Source: Candidatus Kapaibacterium sp. (GTDB lineage: Bacteria > Bacteroidota > Ignavibacteria > Kapaibacteriales > UBA2268). Taken from it: a DNA stretch of 64,000 nucleotides. The stretch lies in contig OY761611.1 in assembly GCA_963664875.1 (NCBI GenBank), forward strand, positions 960,001 through 1,024,000, in the 5' to 3' direction. The position numbers and the translations under genes were made by a program. Below, piece by piece: positions 59,176 to 64,000 of the stretch. Within the stretch, counting starts at the first letter, position 1. The number at the start of each line of letters is the position of its first letter. The notes under the pieces are model-generated. The model was given only the letters and a program-made list of their open reading frames with translations, was not told where the DNA came from and made no database searches.

Positions 59176-59203
59176 AAAAAAAAAGCTACCCAATGGATAG
59201 CTT
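59176..59203 (-). terminator. Terminator after the ABC solute-binding gene
   Basis: A9-GCTACCC-aat-GGATAGC-TTT; T-run on the minus strand. Confidence 0.65.
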
Positions 59204-59223
59204 TATGCTTCAGTTTAATTCAA

Positions 59224-60501
59224 TTACTCTCTCGATTTTGCTCTTTTAATAATTCTCTCTGTTTCTTCATGAGCCTCCTGCAAAGCCAGTTCAGGGCTTT
59301 GCTTGGCATAAAGTACCTGCTCTAAAGCATTCTCTATGATTGCTTCCATTTTTAACCACTTGGGATGAACCGGTGTCATTTTTGCATATTTCAGTTGGGC
59401 TGCAAAAACGGCTCTCAATGGTTGTGTTTGATAAAACTCATCATTGAAATAGTTCTTATCACATGGGAATCCTGCTTCAGGTATCATTTTGCAGAATTCT
59501 ATGGCATTTATCCCATCTGTAATGAATTTTGCAAATTCAACTGCTGCTTTGTGTTGGCTTTTTGCATTAACAGCTATGTACTCTCCACCTGCAAAGCTAA
59601 TTCCAGGTGAAGTTTCAGTACCTGCGGATGCCACCATAGAAGGCATTAGTGCAACTCCAAATCTCATAGTTGGATTTTCGCTCTGAATTTTATTCAAAAG
59701 CCAGGCACCTGAAAACCAAAATCCAACTTTACCTTGTGCAAACATTGCATCTAACTGCTTTTGAGTTTCCTGCACCCCGTAGCCTGCTAATGTTACATAA
59801 TCATAAAATGCTGCAATGTTTTCTTTAGAATTTAGCACAAGATTGCCGGCTTCGTCAATGATATCTCCTCCATGGCTCCACATAAATGGAATAATCTTTT
59901 TATACAAACGATGCTGATCTGCCCCATTTGCACCAAACCCATAGATTTCGCTATTGAGATTGTTCACTTTTTCTGCTGCAAACATCAATTCCTGAATGTC
60001 TTTAGGTGCTAATGTATCTATGCCTGCCCTTTCCATCAAATCTTTGTTGTAGAACATCACTCTCGTGTCTGTTATCCAAGGCAGTGCGTACATTTTGTCG
60101 TTCCATTTGCATGGAGCTAAAGTAAAATCTATAAACTTTGTAAAGTCTGCTAAAGTGTCTAAATCTTTGAGTACGCCGGAAGATGAGAACTGAGCTACCC
60201 AATCGGAACCAAGCTCCAAAACATCCGGAGCTGTGTTAGAGTTAAAGGCTGCCATGAGTTTGGTCTTGCCATCATTCCAACTTAGCTCGGTTACATTTAC
60301 TTTATAACCGCTTTGAGCTTCAAATTTGGCAATGAGTTTAGAAATAGCTTCTCTTTGATAAGGCTCACTCCAAAAGTGCCAAAAACTAATCTCTTTCCTC
60401 TCTGATTTCTCGGGTTGTTTATCAGTTTCGCTACAGGCAGATACAAAAAATACTGCCAATATAATCACGATTGTGATGCTAATCAACTTCTGCATAATCA
60501 T
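59224..60501 (-). CDS. ABC transporter extracellular solute-binding lipoprotein (family 1, carbohydrate type)
   Basis: Lipobox VSAC, FWHFW, APDV, YALPW..DTRVMFYNKDL, F..GKVG..SGAW, GG; no cognate permease adjacent. Confidence 0.88.
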   Translation of the reverse strand: MIMQKLISITIVIILAVFFVSACSETDKQPEKSERKEISFWHFWSEPYQREAISKLIAKFEAQSGYKVNVTELSWNDGKTKLMAAFNSNTAPDVLELGSDWVAQFSSSGVLKDLDTLADFTKFIDFTLAPCKWNDKMYALPWITDTRVMFYNKDLMERAGIDTLAPKDIQELMFAAEKVNNLNSEIYGFGANGADQHRLYKKIIPFMWSHGGDIIDEAGNLVLNSKENIAAFYDYVTLAGYGVQETQKQLDAMFAQGKVGFWFSGAWLLNKIQSENPTMRFGVALMPSMVASAGTETSPGISFAGGEYIAVNAKSQHKAAVEFAKFITDGINAIEFCKMIPEAGFPCDKNYFNDEFYQTQPLRAVFAAQLKYAKMTPVHPKWLKMEAIIENALEQVLYAKQSPELALQEAHEETERIIKRAKSRE

Positions 60502-60810
60502 CCGTTATATTTAATTTTAAAATTCTATTCTATATTTGAAAATATCTTTGCTTATTTTTGCCTTCGTACCAAATAATCAAAGCTATTTTCTATTTGAATT
60601 TCGCATATTAAGTCAAAATAATCAAATATCTTGTGATAATAAAATGATAGTGCTAAATCGCCTTTTTTAAATGATATTAGGGATTTATTACCTGATTTTT
60701 TTTATTCACACTCCTATAATGTGCAAACATAATGGTTGCTCTTTATACAATTTATCACTATCTTGTATTCCCATAGACACGCATTTTACAAACAAAAATA
60801 GATTAGTGCA

Positions 60811-62445
60811 ATGGGTGACGAACTTAATTCCGCAAAGAAAAATACCAAGTACATTTTTATCACAGGCGGTGTGGTTTCTTCTCTTGGTAAAGGTATCGCA
60901 ACAGCTTCCCTTAGTTTCCTTCTAAAACAACGTGGCTATTCGGTTACTATCATGAAACTTGACCCTTACATCAACGTTGATCCGGGTACTATGAACCCTT
61001 TTCAGCATGGTGAAGTTTATGTTACTGACGATGGCGCAGAAACTGATTTAGATTTAGGACACTACGAAAGGTTCCTAAGCGAATCGCTTACTAAAGAAAA
61101 CAATCACACTACAGGACAGGTTTATTACGAAGTCCTTATGAAAGAAAGACGTGGGCATTACCTTGGCAAAACTGTTCAGGTTATTCCTCATATTACCGAT
61201 GAAATCAAAAAAAGAATCCAAACTTTCGACGGCAAGTTTGACATAGTTCTTTTAGAAATCGGTGGTACAGTGGGCGATATCGAATCGCTTCCTTTCTTAG
61301 AAGCTCAAAGACAGATGTGGTTAGAGCGTGGTCAGGAAAATGTTTTGAATATTCATTTGACCTATATCCCGTACCTAGAGTCTGCAGGAGAAATTAAAAC
61401 AAAACCGACGCAGCACTCTGTCAAAGCTCTTATGGAATTTGGTATCAGACCTGATATCCTAATGTGCCGTACAGAGCACAAAGTTTACAAAGACACTCGC
61501 CAAAAGATTGCTCTTTTCTGCAGTGTCAACGAAGAAGCAGTATTTGATGTCGAAAATGCTGCACATTCTATTTACGAAGTCCCGTTGATGTTTGCCAAAA
61601 AGAAAGTTGCGGAAATAGTTCTTAGAAAATTGCATCTGCCGGAAAACGAATTAGATATAGACACATGGAAAAAATTCGTAAGCCGTATCAAATCACCTAA
61701 ACACGAAGTTACTGTAGCTTTAGTAGGTAAATATACCCAATACAGAGATTCTTACAAATCTATCTTAGAAGCATTTATTCATGCCGGTTCTATCAATAAT
61801 ACCAGAGTAAATGTTGAGCTTATCGACTCTGAGGAATTAACCAAAGACAATGTTGCAGAAAGATTGCAAAATGTAGGCGGTATCCTCATCGGCCCGGGCT
61901 TTGGAGATAGAGGAATTGAAGGCAAAATCAACGCCATTCAGTACGTAAGAGAAAACAATATACCTATGTTTGGTATTTGCCTTGGGATGCAATGTACAGT
62001 TATCGAATTTGCCAGAAATGTAGCAAATATCGCTGACGCTCATTCAGGTGAATTTAATAAAAATGCTTCCTGCGTTATTGATCTGATGGACGAACAGAAA
62101 AAAGTCAAAAACAAAGGCGGTACTATGCGTCTCGGAGCTTACCCATGTGTGGTAAAAGAAGGTACAAAAGCTTTCGAAGCTTACGAATCCACTGAGATTT
62201 CTGAAAGACATAGACATAGATACGAATTTAACAATGACTACCGCGAAGAATTGGAAAAACATGGTTTGGTTTTAAGTGGTATGTCTCCGGACGGAAAACT
62301 TGTAGAAATCGTAGAACTTCCTACTCATCCTTGGTTTGTTGGGGTTCAATTCCATCCTGAACTAAAATCTAGGGCTGTTACAGGTCATCCTTTGTTTATT
62401 CAGTTTATCAAAGCTGTGCTTAAACAGCAAAAAGAACAGCAATAA
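60811..62445 (+). CDS. pyrG: CTP synthase
   Basis: [68 protein letters not shown]. Confidence 0.98.
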   Translation: MGDELNSAKKNTKYIFITGGVVSSLGKGIATASLSFLLKQRGYSVTIMKLDPYINVDPGTMNPFQHGEVYVTDDGAETDLDLGHYERFLSESLTKENNHTTGQVYYEVLMKERRGHYLGKTVQVIPHITDEIKKRIQTFDGKFDIVLLEIGGTVGDIESLPFLEAQRQMWLERGQENVLNIHLTYIPYLESAGEIKTKPTQHSVKALMEFGIRPDILMCRTEHKVYKDTRQKIALFCSVNEEAVFDVENAAHSIYEVPLMFAKKKVAEIVLRKLHLPENELDIDTWKKFVSRIKSPKHEVTVALVGKYTQYRDSYKSILEAFIHAGSINNTRVNVELIDSEELTKDNVAERLQNVGGILIGPGFGDRGIEGKINAIQYVRENNIPMFGICLGMQCTVIEFARNVANIADAHSGEFNKNASCVIDLMDEQKKVKNKGGTMRLGAYPCVVKEGTKAFEAYESTEISERHRHRYEFNNDYREELEKHGLVLSGMSPDGKLVEIVELPTHPWFVGVQFHPELKSRAVTGHPLFIQFIKAVLKQQKEQQ

Positions 62446-62464
62446 ACAAACGCAAACACAAATG

Positions 62465-62505
62465 AAAAAAAGCCGTAAGAATTATAAAACTTACGGCTTT
62501 TCTTT
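62465..62505. terminator. Bidirectional terminator between pyrG and the IscA-family gene
   Basis: AAAAGCCGTAAG...CTTACGGCTTTT. Confidence 0.85.
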
Positions 62506-62517
62506 TACATCAAAATT

Positions 62518-62916
62518 TTAGTGGTGATGACCACCACCACCACAACCACATGAGTGAACGTTGTTCGGATTATTAAATACAAAGCCACTGCCGTGCTCTG
62601 TTTCTTTATAGTCCAAAGTTACACCCATTAGGTAGAAAAGGCTTTTGTTATCTATAATCACACTCATTGAGTCTAATTCTACTACTTTATCGCCAGGATT
62701 TTCTTTATCGTCAAATCCCATCACATATTGCATACCTGAGCAACCACCACTCTGAGCACCTATTCTCAAGCGCATTTCGTCGCCAATGTTGTTTTCATTT
62801 TTAACAGCTATTACTTTATCAATAGCTTTTTGAGTGATGATAATATCATCTGCAGTTTCTGAACCGATTACTTCTGTCGGTATTCTTACTTCCATTTGCT
62901 GGATTGTATCGCTCAT
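62518..62916 (-). CDS. HesB/IscA/ErpA-family A-type Fe-S carrier
   Basis: SGGCSGMQY, LDY...GSGFVFNNPN..SCGCG. Confidence 0.93.
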   Translation of the reverse strand: MSDTIQQMEVRIPTEVIGSETADDIIITQKAIDKVIAVKNENNIGDEMRLRIGAQSGGCSGMQYVMGFDDKENPGDKVVELDSMSVIIDNKSLFYLMGVTLDYKETEHGSGFVFNNPNNVHSCGCGGGGHHH

Positions 62917-62939
62917 GGCGTATTCCTATTTATAATTTA

Positions 62940-63992
62940 TTAAACATCGAAATCTACATAAACATCATCAGACAAAGGGCGAGCGGTGCAAGATAATACA
63001 TATCCATCTGCAACTTCCTGCTCGGTTAGACCTTCGTTTTCGTCCATTTTTACTTCACCTGTGATCACTTTAGCTCTACAAGTGGAGCATGCTCCAATTT
63101 GGCAACTGTATGGAGGTTCCATACCTTCACGCATTGCAGCCATCACTATTGTTTCTTCAGGCTCGACGAGCATTTCCCGCTCTTCACCGTATATCTTGAT
63201 TTTTACTTTTCTTGCTTTATTTTCTTGTTGATTGTCATTTTTAACGGCAGGAGCATTAAAAGATTCTTTGTGAATATTTCTGTCAGTTACACCTGATTCC
63301 ATCAAAGTGGTTTCTACAGTTTCCATCATACCAGCCGGCCCACACATAAAATATTCCTTAGTCAAACCGGTATTGCCTTTACTAATGAAATCCTTAACAA
63401 GTTCCTTAGTGATTCTACCTTTCAAACCCTGCCATTTAGCTGTCGGGCGACTGTAAATATAAGTTATCTTGAATCTTTCGCCGTACTTTATCTGCAAGTT
63501 TTCAAAATCATTCGCAAATATAATTGATTGTTGATCTTTATTGGAATATAAAAGAAAAACTTTGCTTTTTGGCTCTACTGCCAAAGTAGTCTTGATTATC
63601 GACATTAGTGGAGTAATCCCACTCCCTGCACCTATGTGATAATATTCTTTTTCATTTTCAGGATTCAAATCAATAGTAAATCTTCCCATCGGTTTCATTA
63701 CTTCTACTTCGTCACCTTCATGCAATTCTTCTGTTATATATTTAGATACTTTACCATTAGCTATTTTTTTCACAGCTACGGTTACACCTTCATCTACCAC
63801 AGGGCTACTGCATATAGAATAAGCACGTCTTTCTTCTTTTCCATCTACATCAAATTTAAGCGTCAGGAACTGACCATGCTTATATTCGAATATATCTTTC
63901 AGGCTTTCAGGTATCTCAAAAGATAAAGCAACCGCTTCATCTGTTTCTCTGATTACATTACTTACCTTTAGTTTGTGAAATTGTTTTCCCAT
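62940..63992 (-). CDS. FAD/NAD(P)-binding oxidoreductase with C-terminal 2Fe-2S ferredoxin (PaaE-like reductase)
   Basis: GQF, RAYSI, GAGSGITP, MCGP, then CQIGACSTC...LSC. Confidence 0.92.
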   Translation of the reverse strand: MGKQFHKLKVSNVIRETDEAVALSFEIPESLKDIFEYKHGQFLTLKFDVDGKEERRAYSICSSPVVDEGVTVAVKKIANGKVSKYITEELHEGDEVEVMKPMGRFTIDLNPENEKEYYHIGAGSGITPLMSIIKTTLAVEPKSKVFLLYSNKDQQSIIFANDFENLQIKYGERFKITYIYSRPTAKWQGLKGRITKELVKDFISKGNTGLTKEYFMCGPAGMMETVETTLMESGVTDRNIHKESFNAPAVKNDNQQENKARKVKIKIYGEEREMLVEPEETIVMAAMREGMEPPYSCQIGACSTCRAKVITGEVKMDENEGLTEQEVADGYVLSCTARPLSDDVYVDFDV

Positions 63993-64000
63993 TGCATCAA

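Noticed and set aside
297-63926. Numerous 60-130 aa ORFs antisense to or overlapping long genes (e.g. 297-524, 2291-2683, 35926-36276, 56766-57125, 60671-60925)
   Set aside because: Shadow ORFs of well-supported genes or AT-rich spacer ORFs without motifs or ribosome-binding sites.

Overview
AT-rich, gene-dense chromosomal segment of an FCB-group bacterium. The LpxC-FabZ fusion, Bacteroidetes-type RpoZ, a T9SS C-terminal sorting domain and TAnnTTTG promoter elements point there. Frequent GGAG Shine-Dalgarno motifs suggest an Ignavibacteria/Ca. Kapabacteria-like lineage rather than Bacteroidia (inference). Most genes are housekeeping: lpxA, lpxC-fabZ, iorAB, an EF-G2 paralog, murC, two SurA-like PPIases, a Na+-pumping methylmalonyl-CoA decarboxylase operon, an ECF sigma/anti-sigma, greA, ribBA, yajC, tgt, nnr, rsbUVW, ccmC/ccmD, speB, an amino-acid ABC transporter, ppk1, rpoZ, secA, pyrG and an IscA-family protein. 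I found no tRNA, rRNA, CRISPR array, phage or intact transposase. The most interesting signals are five. (1) A T9SS-tagged PhoX paired with an imelysin-like/MauG-type di-heme enzyme (predicted His/Tyr heme, Trp-to-Tyr relay), preceded by 11-bp-phased Pho-box-like repeats; this is a candidate PhoX maturation or iron-loading system. (2) A 196-bp MITE-like element whose terminal inverted repeats enclose an inverted pair of covarying REP-like palindromes. (3) A DUF2023-flavodoxin-lipoprotein chelatase-PepSY operon. (4) Tandem TPR-TM sensor-like proteins with no kinase domain. (5) A CcmC with a possibly CcmE-like insertion, followed by a ccmD missing from the ORF track. All calls come from reading motifs by eye; no database searches were run.
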